Assembly (NCBI GenBank): GCA_041746255.1 | Contig: JBGTHM010000020.1 | Location: forward strand, 1 to 13,366 | DNA from: Fibrobacteria bacterium | GTDB lineage: Bacteria; Fibrobacterota; Fibrobacteria; UBA11236 | DNA length: 13,366 nucleotides | Reading direction: 5' to 3' | Shown: piece after piece, positions 1 through 7,988 of the stretch | How positions within the stretch are numbered: position 1 is the stretch's first letter | How the letters are laid out: every line of letters starts with the position of its first letter | The notes under the pieces: generated by a model | What the model was told of the DNA's origin: nothing | Databases searched by the model: none | The model's input: only the letters and a program-made list of their open reading frames with translations | Program-made: the position numbers and the translations under genes

Positions 1-718
1 CTTCGTAGAGGGTATGGCCCAGGAAACCTGTCGGGATTATGGGCATAGCGTCCTGGGAATTCGATCCATTATCGGCACCGCTACCATGGCGTACACCCAA
101 GGGGTGGACCTATTCGAGTTTGAGAAAGATAGGATTGCGGCTAATGTCGAGCTGACCGGTTCGTGGCTTCTTAAAGAAAGAGCGATTCCAAAAGAAATAT
201 GCCAAGGAACGGGCATAGATTGCACAGGAGGCAGCTCGGGTGGAAAAATGCCGAATTGCGGCAAGCGCGGGTGGGAGGTCGCCTATCGGCACCTCCATGA
301 TCGCCTTGGCATCGATATGCCTATGGCGGCTAGAATGATCAAGGATGTAAAAGTAGAGGATATGGCAAGATGGAACAATAAACCCGAAACCCTTACCGCG
401 CATGGGATTCCGTTTTCAGATGCACCCATCATGAGCATTTCCGCTGCCCAAAACCATGCGGAGAGAATTAAGCATGTGCGGTCGCTTCCGAACGCAACCG
501 CCGAAATATCCTTTACCCTGGCTTCCACAAAGACGGTCCATGCGGCGGTATATAATATGGGCGGTACGCTCATGGACAGAGTCCCCCTGGGGGATAGGAT
601 TACGGGCGCCCACAAAGCCTTAATCTCCACTTCGGCCCTGAAGCCGGGAATGTATCTCCTCAAGCTTGAACTCGGAGCGAATTCCACCACACGGCTGTTG
701 ACGGTCTTGTCTTTTTAA
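1..718 (+). CDS. 5'-truncated alginate-lyase-family (alpha/alpha toroid, PF05426-like) protein with T9SS/FlgD-Ig-like C-terminal domain
   Basis: The frame is open from base 2 (F-V-E-G-M-A-Q-E), so ATG 14 is probably internal. Motifs G-x-x-QETCRDYGH, AYTQGVDLF and WEVAYRHLHDRLG match the QE-x-x-RD-x-x-H and WE-x-x-Y-x-H patterns of this family. The C-terminus (ISFTL...VYNMGG...LKPGMYLLKL) is CTD-like. Confidence 0.75.
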   Translation, partial: FVEGMAQETCRDYGHSVLGIRSIIGTATMAYTQGVDLFEFEKDRIAANVELTGSWLLKERAIPKEICQGTGIDCTGGSSGGKMPNCGKRGWEVAYRHLHDRLGIDMPMAARMIKDVKVEDMARWNNKPETLTAHGIPFSDAPIMSISAAQNHAERIKHVRSLPNATAEISFTLASTKTVHAAVYNMGGTLMDRVPLGDRITGAHKALISTSALKPGMYLLKLELGANSTTRLLTVLSF

Positions 719-791
719 AAAGGGTAGCATGCGTGGACCTGTTTTTTCCGATGGTTACGGAAAAAGAGGGTACACGTGGAAAGGTAAAATC

Positions 792-1895
792 ATGAAATCC
801 AACCTCTCATTTCCCCTGGGGGCAAAAATCGGCTTACTGCTGGGTATGCTTGCCGGCGCCCCCGTTTTTGCGCAGGAGTTCTACCAGCAATCCGGAACCG
901 ATGAGAGTTGGGAGTCGATTATAAAAGGCAAAAAGATTCCCATTGGTCACAATTCAGAAGCGGGGCTTACAGGTTCGCGTATAGACGTCAACAATGAATT
1001 GATGGATAAACTCACCTACGGGAAACACGGAATCCCCCAAGAAATTAAAATCCATTCCCCAGGCAGCAGCCAAATCTCCCGCGGAGATTTTCCCAAATGG
1101 ACCCGATGGTACCAGGAAGACGGCAATACCCAGGTTTACCGGATCCATAAGGGAGAATACAATGTCCGCAATAGCCGGGAAGGCGCCGCGCGCATCGAAT
1201 CCTTCGACGTGAATCAATTCAAAAAAGGCGACGGGTGGCAAACCTGGGAAGGATCCTACACCATCGTGGATGTCGAAGGATGCGTGGGTCCGCACTATTG
1301 CGGAATTTTCCAGGTAAAAGACGGAGGTTGTTGCTGGAGCGTCATGCTCAAATTGAAATCATCCGGAGAGCTCATTGTCGACCATTTGAAATCAGCCTCA
1401 AAAACCCTGTCGAAGGATGTCCGAGGCAAAAGTTTCGACATCAAGATTCGCGATGACGGGTTGAAATCCGAAGTCTATTTCAACGGCAAATTGGAATATG
1501 AATCCTCCTACTCCTCCCGCAATGGCTCCTCCTATTTCCGCTGGGGCATGTATTTCGGCCGTAGCATACCCACCCAGACCTCCATAATTTTTGTTACGGG
1601 CGCGACCATTAACGGAAAAAAGGCGGTGAGCGGTATTCATCCGGAAAGGGCGGCTCTCAAAAGCTCCCCCTATCGGATAAACAATACGGCGCTGGGTTTG
1701 CGCCTGGCGGCGGATGCCTATCCCTTGGATATCGCCGTCAAGGATTTGCAGGGAAAAGAAGTCTGGCGGATGCACCAAGCGCCGGGCCCCCAAACCGTAC
1801 CCACCAACCTGATCCAAAATGGCGTCTATTTCGCGACCCTGCGCAGCTCCGGAGAAAAGGCGGAATCTTTTCCGCTGACTTGGATTGATAAATAA
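792..1895 (+). CDS. Secreted polysaccharide-lyase-like protein (PL7-like beta-jelly-roll candidate) with C-terminal sorting-like domain
   Basis: ATG 792 follows AAGG and gives a clear Sec signal peptide (MKSNLSFPLGAKIGLLLGMLAGAPVFA|Q). AARIES, IFQVK and YFRWGMY occur in the order of the PL7 motifs R-x-E, Q-(I/V)-H and YFK-x-G-x-Y. The C-terminus reads DLQGKEV...NGVYF. Confidence 0.6.
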   Translation: MKSNLSFPLGAKIGLLLGMLAGAPVFAQEFYQQSGTDESWESIIKGKKIPIGHNSEAGLTGSRIDVNNELMDKLTYGKHGIPQEIKIHSPGSSQISRGDFPKWTRWYQEDGNTQVYRIHKGEYNVRNSREGAARIESFDVNQFKKGDGWQTWEGSYTIVDVEGCVGPHYCGIFQVKDGGCCWSVMLKLKSSGELIVDHLKSASKTLSKDVRGKSFDIKIRDDGLKSEVYFNGKLEYESSYSSRNGSSYFRWGMYFGRSIPTQTSIIFVTGATINGKKAVSGIHPERAALKSSPYRINNTALGLRLAADAYPLDIAVKDLQGKEVWRMHQAPGPQTVPTNLIQNGVYFATLRSSGEKAESFPLTWIDK

Positions 1896-1928
1896 ACTCC
1901 GGCATCGGGGTAACTAAAAAGGATTAAG

Positions 1929-2855
1929 ATGAATAATAGAGTTCTATTTTCATTAGTTGGATCGATTCTCATCGCTTTAGCAACTACGGGCGCTGCCGAT
2001 GTCGGGAATATCGGAGAACTCGATGACCGGTGCAGCAGCCACAACTACAGTGAAGAGGGCGGGTGGGGAGTTTACCCCGTAAAAGCGGGAACTACGATTG
2101 GATCGAACCTGGACCCACGGATTGAACGAAAGCCATCGCCAAGGATCAAGCCAGGCGACAAGATGACCTTTCAGGCCACGTACAACATTGTCAACGCGGA
2201 TAATTCAACTTTTGCTCAAATCCTAAACAAGGACATGGGATCCTCGGATAAGCACAAACCTGTGGTGTTCATTATAGCGGATGACGCGGGGAGCCAATGG
2301 GAAATCCGAAATAAAAAGAAAAGGCTTTTTTCCATTGATAAAAATTCCGGTGGCAAAACACCTACTTTTACTTTAAGGGTTGATACTTACTATAACGAGT
2401 CCAAATCAGCTGCGTTTTCGGAAATCCATATCGATGGAAATTTGAAGGAGAAAGTTCAGCACGCAAGGGTTGGGCAAGACGCGGAGATGCGCTATGGCAA
2501 TTACCATCATGGTAACGGTCTGGCGATTATCCGGGTTAAAAATGTATCATGGCAAAAAACATCCGATTTCAAAAATTCTTCTTCTACAATAATGGACCAA
2601 TCAATTAACTCACCGATAACGGACTCGGAACTTTTTGCGAATGTTAAAGCAACCGGATCCGGTTACACCATCAGTTCAGCAACCTACCCGACGCAAATAT
2701 CCATTACGGATATGCTTGGAAAAACCGTATGGAGCCGGTCTCAGGTCATGCAACCTCAGTTCGTGGATAAAACCCTGTTTTCCAATGGTGTGCATATTGT
2801 CCGGGTAAAATCAGGTTCACAGAGAGAACAATTGTACAGAGCTATGGCCCAATAG
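1929..2855 (+). CDS. Secreted polysaccharide-lyase-like protein (divergent PL7-like candidate) with C-terminal sorting-like domain
   Basis: AAGGA RBS and N-terminal signal peptide. Motifs PRIERK, FAQILNK and MRYGNYHH parallel those of the upstream gene. The C-terminus DMLGKTV...NGVHIVRV aligns by eye with that of 792..1895. Confidence 0.55.
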   Translation: MNNRVLFSLVGSILIALATTGAADVGNIGELDDRCSSHNYSEEGGWGVYPVKAGTTIGSNLDPRIERKPSPRIKPGDKMTFQATYNIVNADNSTFAQILNKDMGSSDKHKPVVFIIADDAGSQWEIRNKKKRLFSIDKNSGGKTPTFTLRVDTYYNESKSAAFSEIHIDGNLKEKVQHARVGQDAEMRYGNYHHGNGLAIIRVKNVSWQKTSDFKNSSSTIMDQSINSPITDSELFANVKATGSGYTISSATYPTQISITDMLGKTVWSRSQVMQPQFVDKTLFSNGVHIVRVKSGSQREQLYRAMAQ

Positions 2856-2930
2856 GGGTAATGCTAAAATTCCTTCAGGCGATTATTCAGAACGCCGAGG
2901 ATGCCTCGTACTGCGTGTCCCCTCCACCCT

Positions 2931-3132
2931 GAGCCTCATTCCTAAATTCTGGAAAATGGCGGCAATGCTATCCAGCCGCGGATTCCCTGCCGATGATAAC
3001 ATCCGATGCTGGTTTATCCGATGGTCGACTGTACTCTCCGGAGTCCATTTTAGGGGAACGTTGATGGTAATCGGCTAGATTTTCCAGAGACCGGGGCTAG
3101 ATTAGCTATACCTTGGAGCCGTACTGAGGCTC
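2931..3132. other. Intergenic segment with nested inverted repeats (candidate structured RNA or cis element)
   Basis: GAGCCTCA 2931-2938 pairs with TGAGGCTC 3125-3132. TCTGGAAAAT 2948-2957 pairs with ATTTTCCAGA 3079-3088. GCCGAT 2989-2994 pairs with ATCGGC 3070-3075. Internal hairpins lie at 2959-2979 and 3033-3044. Confidence 0.35.
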
Positions 3133-3180
3133 TGGAATCAACATTCGATTCAGTCGCGTAATTGTTTTAGGGGATTTCTG

Positions 3181-4320
3181 ATGAATAAATTAGCTGCCAT
3201 GTTGGTCGTAGTGACCTGCTTCACCTTTCAGTCAACCTTTGCCGAGAAAATATGGCCCGCCTTTAAGCCGCTTGACGCCCGGGTGGCATGGTCTTCCGAT
3301 GGAAACTATCACGATACCGATGATTTTCTGGCTAATCCATGGGTGATCTTCCTTTTCAGCGCGGCAAAAATGACCGATAAGCTTGTTTGGTTCGGCTATA
3401 ATTGTCATGGTTGGGAAACCGAAAAAGCCCGTGAAAAAGTGATGAAAGAAAACCTAGAAGGCGCGATTGATCGCTTTGCCGGTTTTGATAAATCCGTTTT
3501 GATTGATGAATTCAACGACCGCACCGAGGCAATGAACAAATTGGTGAGCGAAATCAATAAATCTTCAGCATCTGATCCGTTGTGGATTGTTGGCGCGGGG
3601 CCCATGGAGAATATCGGCAAAGCTGTTGAAAAAGCAGATGCGACCAAACTTAAATTCGTTACCCTGCTAAGCCATAATAGCTGGAATGATGACCATGCGC
3701 CTAAAACCCATAATTCCAAATACACGGTTAAATTCATGACCGATAAGGGAATCAAGTATAAGGGAATTCCCGATCAAAATAATTTTAAAGCTCCGGACAG
3801 CTTTACTGCGAATGGCCTGCGTAGATCGAAAAATATCTTTGACTTTCTTAAAAACCATACTGATCCCCGGATCCGCTGGCTTTGGACCATTCGTGATGAG
3901 CCGCTTTATGAGTCGCACAACCCAAGTAAGGGAACCTATGATAATTCCGATGCAGGAATGGCCTATTGGCTTTTGACGGGTGCGAATAACGGCGGAGACG
4001 CCGGAGTCTCACCCAAAGTGCTTAAGGATTTCGTGGACTTTTGGGCGGTGAATACGGGGGCAACTTCCAATCTTCATTCTCTCTCAGGCGCAAGCGAATC
4101 ATTCACTATAGGGGTTAAAAAGAGCGATGGAGGTTTTCGGGTTTTGGCGCCGACAACCGCGACGAGCATTGAGATTGTTTCGATTAACGGAAAAGTCTTA
4201 AACTCCACTCCGGTATATCAACCCAATGTGCTTATCCCAATTGTAGATCCCGGCATGTATCTGATACGGGTAAATACACCGGGTCAGAGCTTCATGAAAA
4301 AACTGATGGTGCTCCAATAA
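3181..4320 (+). CDS. Secreted protein with nucleoside-hydrolase-like (Asp-rich) domain and T9SS-like C-terminal domain; function unknown
   Basis: AGGGGA RBS and a signal peptide ending TFA|E. SSDGNYHDTDD resembles the D-x-D-x-x-x-D-D metal-binding loop of nucleoside hydrolases, and GAGPMEN resembles GPLTN. The C-terminus SINGKVL...PGMYLIRV...KKLMVLQ is a typical T9SS type A sorting signal. Confidence 0.6.
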   Translation: MNKLAAMLVVVTCFTFQSTFAEKIWPAFKPLDARVAWSSDGNYHDTDDFLANPWVIFLFSAAKMTDKLVWFGYNCHGWETEKAREKVMKENLEGAIDRFAGFDKSVLIDEFNDRTEAMNKLVSEINKSSASDPLWIVGAGPMENIGKAVEKADATKLKFVTLLSHNSWNDDHAPKTHNSKYTVKFMTDKGIKYKGIPDQNNFKAPDSFTANGLRRSKNIFDFLKNHTDPRIRWLWTIRDEPLYESHNPSKGTYDNSDAGMAYWLLTGANNGGDAGVSPKVLKDFVDFWAVNTGATSNLHSLSGASESFTIGVKKSDGGFRVLAPTTATSIEIVSINGKVLNSTPVYQPNVLIPIVDPGMYLIRVNTPGQSFMKKLMVLQ

Positions 4321-4429
4321 GCCATTAAACGGGGTTATTCGGAAAATTTACCGCGCCCTTGGCCTGCTGTGGGCGTGGACGGTCCGAAGTCTGAGTTACA
4401 TTTAGCTGAAAATCTCCTGGAGTATTTTC

Positions 4430-5392
4430 ATGCTAGCCGCCACCCGCACCCATTACGGCCCACCTGAATTCCTCACCGTACAGGAAGTCAAAACCCCTAC
4501 TCCCAAAGACAACGAAGTCCTGGTACGGGTCCATGCAGCCACCGTCAATCGGACCGACTGCGCAATACTCCTGGCCCGACCCGCTATCGTCCGAGTAATC
4601 TCGGGTTTCCCGCGTCCGAGAAAGGCCACTCCCGGCACTGACTTCGCCGGCATAGTGGAAGCCGTGGGCCCGGCCGTTAAGCGCTTCAAGGTCGGCGACA
4701 AGGTATGGGGATTCGACGACCACGGTAACACCGCCTCCCATGCGCAATACCTTTCCTTTCCCGAAGACAAGGGTATTGATTTCATGCCCGAAGGCGTCAC
4801 CTACGAACAGGCCGCGGCGGGCATCGAAGGCGCTCATTATGCCTATAACTTCATGACCAAGGTCGAGCTAAGGCCGGGAAGTAAGGTGCTGGTCTACGGC
4901 GCTACGGGGGCCATAGGGTCGGCTGCCGTCCAGTTGTTGAAGGCCCGGGATGCTTATGTAACCGCGGTTTGCAGAACGGATCAGGTGGACCTGGTGAAAT
5001 CTTTGGGGCCTGACAAGGTTGTCGACTATATGCGCCAGGACTTTACCCAGGACGATATCCTGTATGACTTCGTCTTTGATGCCGTGGGTAAGAGTACGTT
5101 CGGACATTGTAAACCTTTGCTGCGTCCAAAGGGGATTTACATCTCTTCGGAACTGGGACCGCTGGTACAAAACCCATTCCTCGCGCTTATAACTCCGTTC
5201 CTGGGTGGGAAACAGGTGCGTTTCCCCATACCCTTAAACATCCGTCGTAGCCTCGCCTATGTGAAACCCCTACTTGAAAGCGGGAAATTCAAACCCCTCA
5301 TTGACAGACGGTATTCGTTGGAGCAGATTCGGGAGGCCTACGAGTATTCGGCATCCGGACTAAAAATCGGGAATGTGATTCTCGCGCCTTGA
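4430..5392 (+). CDS. MDR superfamily NAD(P)-dependent oxidoreductase (quinone-reductase-like, often annotated as zinc-binding alcohol dehydrogenase)
   Basis: GroES-like N-terminus (PTPKDNEVLVRVHAATVN, PGTDFAG, FKVGDKV), Rossmann motif VLVYGATGAIG, YDFVFDAVG, and C-terminal G-x-K-x-GNVIL. GGAG RBS upstream. Confidence 0.92.
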   Translation: MLAATRTHYGPPEFLTVQEVKTPTPKDNEVLVRVHAATVNRTDCAILLARPAIVRVISGFPRPRKATPGTDFAGIVEAVGPAVKRFKVGDKVWGFDDHGNTASHAQYLSFPEDKGIDFMPEGVTYEQAAAGIEGAHYAYNFMTKVELRPGSKVLVYGATGAIGSAAVQLLKARDAYVTAVCRTDQVDLVKSLGPDKVVDYMRQDFTQDDILYDFVFDAVGKSTFGHCKPLLRPKGIYISSELGPLVQNPFLALITPFLGGKQVRFPIPLNIRRSLAYVKPLLESGKFKPLIDRRYSLEQIREAYEYSASGLKIGNVILAP

Positions 5393-5502
5393 AAGCGGCA
5401 TCGGTCGACCCGCCCCCTTCGCCTCGGGGCAAAGTCACCCACCTCCGTGACCGAAACCCAAAAATGATATCTTTTATCCGAATCTTTTCGAAAGGAGTCC
5501 CC

Positions 5503-6411
5503 ATGAGTAAACCGGGACACATCGTACGCGGATTTGCGGACACCGCCGGCCTTTGCCTATTTTTCGCAGCACTGCTTGGCTGCGCTGGACGCCAGTCTAC
5601 CATTGGGACATCACCTTCCCCACAAGTGGAGGGAACCGCCGAGCTGGCAGGCGAAGGCGTCGCACAGGACGTTCGGTTGGAGGCCGACAGCCTGTGGGCT
5701 CTGCGCGGCGACCCGGGTGCGGCCCGACAAGCTTTGGCGGCCTATGAGCGGGCTTCCGCTTCGGGCCGGGCCGACATGGCGTTGCTTTCCCGACTGTCAC
5801 GCGCATATTACCTAGTGGCGAATTACGTCGAGGAGGAAACCGCGCGCAAGGATTCCCTGTTCCTGAAAGGGGTCGAGGCCGCCGAGCAGGCCATGGCGCT
5901 GCATCCGGGTTTCCATCGGGTTTTTCTCGCCACCAAAGACGAAAAAATGGCCGTGAAAGAATTGGGACCCGGACACTTGGACGCCATTTATTGGTATGCG
6001 GCCAATCTCGGCAAATGGGCCTCGAATAAAAGCCTGATGGTGCGCCTGGGCAACAAATCGAAGCTGGAAGCTTTCAACCAGCGAGTTCTTGATATCGATG
6101 AGACGTACTTCCACGGCGCACCCCACCGCTTTTTCGGAGCCCTGCCCACCAAGGTTCCGGGTGGCGATATGAAACTCGCCAAGTCGCATTTCGAGAAAGC
6201 CCTCGCAATCGCTCCCGATTATTTCGGCACCCGCACGCTATATGCCGAATTCTATGCCACCAAGGCGCGGGAGAAGCAAACTTTCGTGGAGCAGCTCGAT
6301 TATGTCCTGAACGCGCCCCTGAACGCGCTTCCCGAGGTGGAGCCCGAAAATCGGTATGAGCAGGAATATGCCCGCAAGCTGAAGGAGCGCGTCAATGAAT
6401 GGTTCGACTAG
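5503..6411 (+). CDS. tatT: TRAP transporter TatT component (TPR-like lipoprotein)
   Basis: AAGGAG at 5492-5497 supports ATG 5503. Lipobox LLGC with Cys at 5581. Helical TPR-like body with DETYFHGAPH, PGGDMKLAKSHFEKALAI and PEN motifs. Lies directly upstream of dctP/Q/M. Confidence 0.85.
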   Translation: MSKPGHIVRGFADTAGLCLFFAALLGCAGRQSTIGTSPSPQVEGTAELAGEGVAQDVRLEADSLWALRGDPGAARQALAAYERASASGRADMALLSRLSRAYYLVANYVEEETARKDSLFLKGVEAAEQAMALHPGFHRVFLATKDEKMAVKELGPGHLDAIYWYAANLGKWASNKSLMVRLGNKSKLEAFNQRVLDIDETYFHGAPHRFFGALPTKVPGGDMKLAKSHFEKALAIAPDYFGTRTLYAEFYATKAREKQTFVEQLDYVLNAPLNALPEVEPENRYEQEYARKLKERVNEWFD

Positions 6412-7432
6412 ATGGTTAAGTTCCCTCCGCGCTATTTTTCCCCCGGCCCAAACGGCCTGGCTGGCACTGTCGACGCTGCTTGTGAGCACCGTCGCGGCCA
6501 AGCCCGTTGAAATCCGTTTCGCCACCATCGCTCCCGAGGGAACGCCTTGGAGCGAGCAAATCGAAGGGATTCAAAAAAGGGTTGAAGCGCAAAGCCAGGG
6601 ACGGCTGGTATTCAAACCTTACCTGGGCGGTCAATTGGGCGGCGAAGTGGAAACCCTACGCAGTTTGAGGCGCGGACGGATTCAGGCTTGGGGCGGAAGC
6701 GCAGGCGCCCTGTCGAGTCTGGTTCCGGAATTGCAACTTTTAGAATTGCCTTATTTATTCCGGTCTCATGAGGAAGCCGATTATGTGCTGGACGAAGTTC
6801 TATTCAAGCCCTATGCAAAATTGCTGGCTGAAAAAGGCTTGGTGCTGCAAAGCTGGAATGAGAACGGATGGAGGCATATCGGATCCAAAAACAAACCGGT
6901 TCTCAAACCCAGTGATTTGCAGAACATGAAAATCCGTTCCCAAGAATCTCCCATCCATTTGAGCATGTGGAAGGCGCTGGGATCCAATCCCGTCGCGATT
7001 TCAGTGCCCGAGGTGCTCACGTCGCTGCAAACCGGAGTGGTGGACGCTTTCGACAATTCCTCCCTGTTCGCCAGCGCGACATCCTGGCATACGGCGGTCG
7101 GCCATTTCACCCTGACCCAACACATATACCAGCCGGGCGTAATCCTTTACAACAAGGCCTTCCTTGAAAAGCTGCCCGAGGATTTGCGCACCCAGCTCCT
7201 GGGAGACGCCAAAGCCGATGCCGTACAAGGCCGCGCGGGGGTGAGGGCTCTCGAGCCGGAAATTCTGGCGCTGATGGAAAAAGAAGGCGTAAAGGTGCAT
7301 CGTTTGGGCGAGGCGGAAAGAAAGGAATTCTCCACCGTTCTGGAACCGTTGCATGACGGGTTCGCGAAGGGTATAAATCCTGAACTCCTTAAAAAGACGC
7401 GCAAGGCCTTGGAGGAATTCCGCTCCCGATAG
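6395..7432 (+). CDS. dctP: TRAP transporter substrate-binding protein DctP (TatP type)
   Basis: Signal peptide followed by FATIAPEGTPW, YLGGQLGGE, LELPYLF, ENGWR, MKIR and LQTGVVD. Overlaps the end of tatT. Confidence 0.93.
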   Translation: MNGSTRWLSSLRAIFPPAQTAWLALSTLLVSTVAAKPVEIRFATIAPEGTPWSEQIEGIQKRVEAQSQGRLVFKPYLGGQLGGEVETLRSLRRGRIQAWGGSAGALSSLVPELQLLELPYLFRSHEEADYVLDEVLFKPYAKLLAEKGLVLQSWNENGWRHIGSKNKPVLKPSDLQNMKIRSQESPIHLSMWKALGSNPVAISVPEVLTSLQTGVVDAFDNSSLFASATSWHTAVGHFTLTQHIYQPGVILYNKAFLEKLPEDLRTQLLGDAKADAVQGRAGVRALEPEILALMEKEGVKVHRLGEAERKEFSTVLEPLHDGFAKGINPELLKKTRKALEEFRSR

Positions 7433-7448
7433 AGGTAAGCGGAGGGTG

Positions 7449-7988
7449 ATGGGCAATTTCCTGCGCCGATTGGATCGGGCGTTGGCAAGGTCCGAGGAAT
7501 TCTTCCTGGCGACCGCCCTGGGATTCATGGCCTTGGTTGTCTTCTGCGACTTCGCCTTGCGCGAGACGGTGAACGAAAGCTGGGTTTGGGCTAAGGAACT
7601 CGCCGCCTTCCTGATGGTGTGGGTGGGCTTCGTGGGTGCCTCCCTCGCCGCCCATCGCGGCCGACATCTGGTGTTGCGAGCCGGCGAAAGGATTTTTTCC
7701 GCCCGCCTTCGCAAGTGGACTTCCCCGGTTTCATCTCTGCTCACGGCGGCCCTGTGCTTCCATTTGGCCTGGCTGGGTATCGCCTATGTTACCGAGACGC
7801 AGGCCATGGGCGAGCGTTCCCTGACCCTGGGCATCCCGCTCTGGATGGTACAAGCCGTGATACCCTTCGCCTTCACGACGGTGGGCTTGCGATTTCTCGG
7901 AGCCGGCCTGGGAATATTAGAGGCCTTGCCCACATCCGATCCGGAAGGAACGCACAACCCGCCCACGGGCCTCAAGGAGACCGGCTAA
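7449..7988 (+). CDS. dctQ: TRAP transporter small permease DctQ
   Basis: Four hydrophobic segments with WAKELAAFLMVWVGFVGASLA, RHL and LGIPLW motifs. GGAGG RBS; the start is ATG 7449 or GTG 7446. Confidence 0.92.
   Translation: MGNFLRRLDRALARSEEFFLATALGFMALVVFCDFALRETVNESWVWAKELAAFLMVWVGFVGASLAAHRGRHLVLRAGERIFSARLRKWTSPVSSLLTAALCFHLAWLGIAYVTETQAMGERSLTLGIPLWMVQAVIPFAFTTVGLRFLGAGLGILEALPTSDPEGTHNPPTGLKETG

Noticed and set aside
729..791. Upstream ATG of gene 2
   Set aside because: The signal peptide begins at Met 792 and the extra 21 residues are not signal-like.
1896..1911. Small hairpin ACTCCG-GCAT-CGGGGT between genes 2 and 3
   Set aside because: Only 6 bp including a G-U pair, with no U-tract; it could be chance.
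4351..4378. 8-bp stem CCGCGCCC/GGGCGTGG as an intrinsic terminator
   Set aside because: It has a 12-nt loop and no U-tract on the + strand, so support is too weak.
4430..5392. MDR enzyme as the DEH reductase of alginate catabolism
   Set aside because: Characterised DEH reductases are SDR or AKR family enzymes. This is a widespread generic MDR subfamily and nothing in the sequence links it to uronates.
5389..5502. TTG-started extension of tatT
   Set aside because: A strong AAGGAG precedes ATG 5503, which gives a properly sized lipoprotein signal.
7619..7987. N-terminal extension of DctM (551-aa ORF) suggesting a fusion
   Set aside because: It overlaps dctQ in another frame and has an Arg/Pro-rich shadow composition; the TAATG coupling defines the start at 7988.
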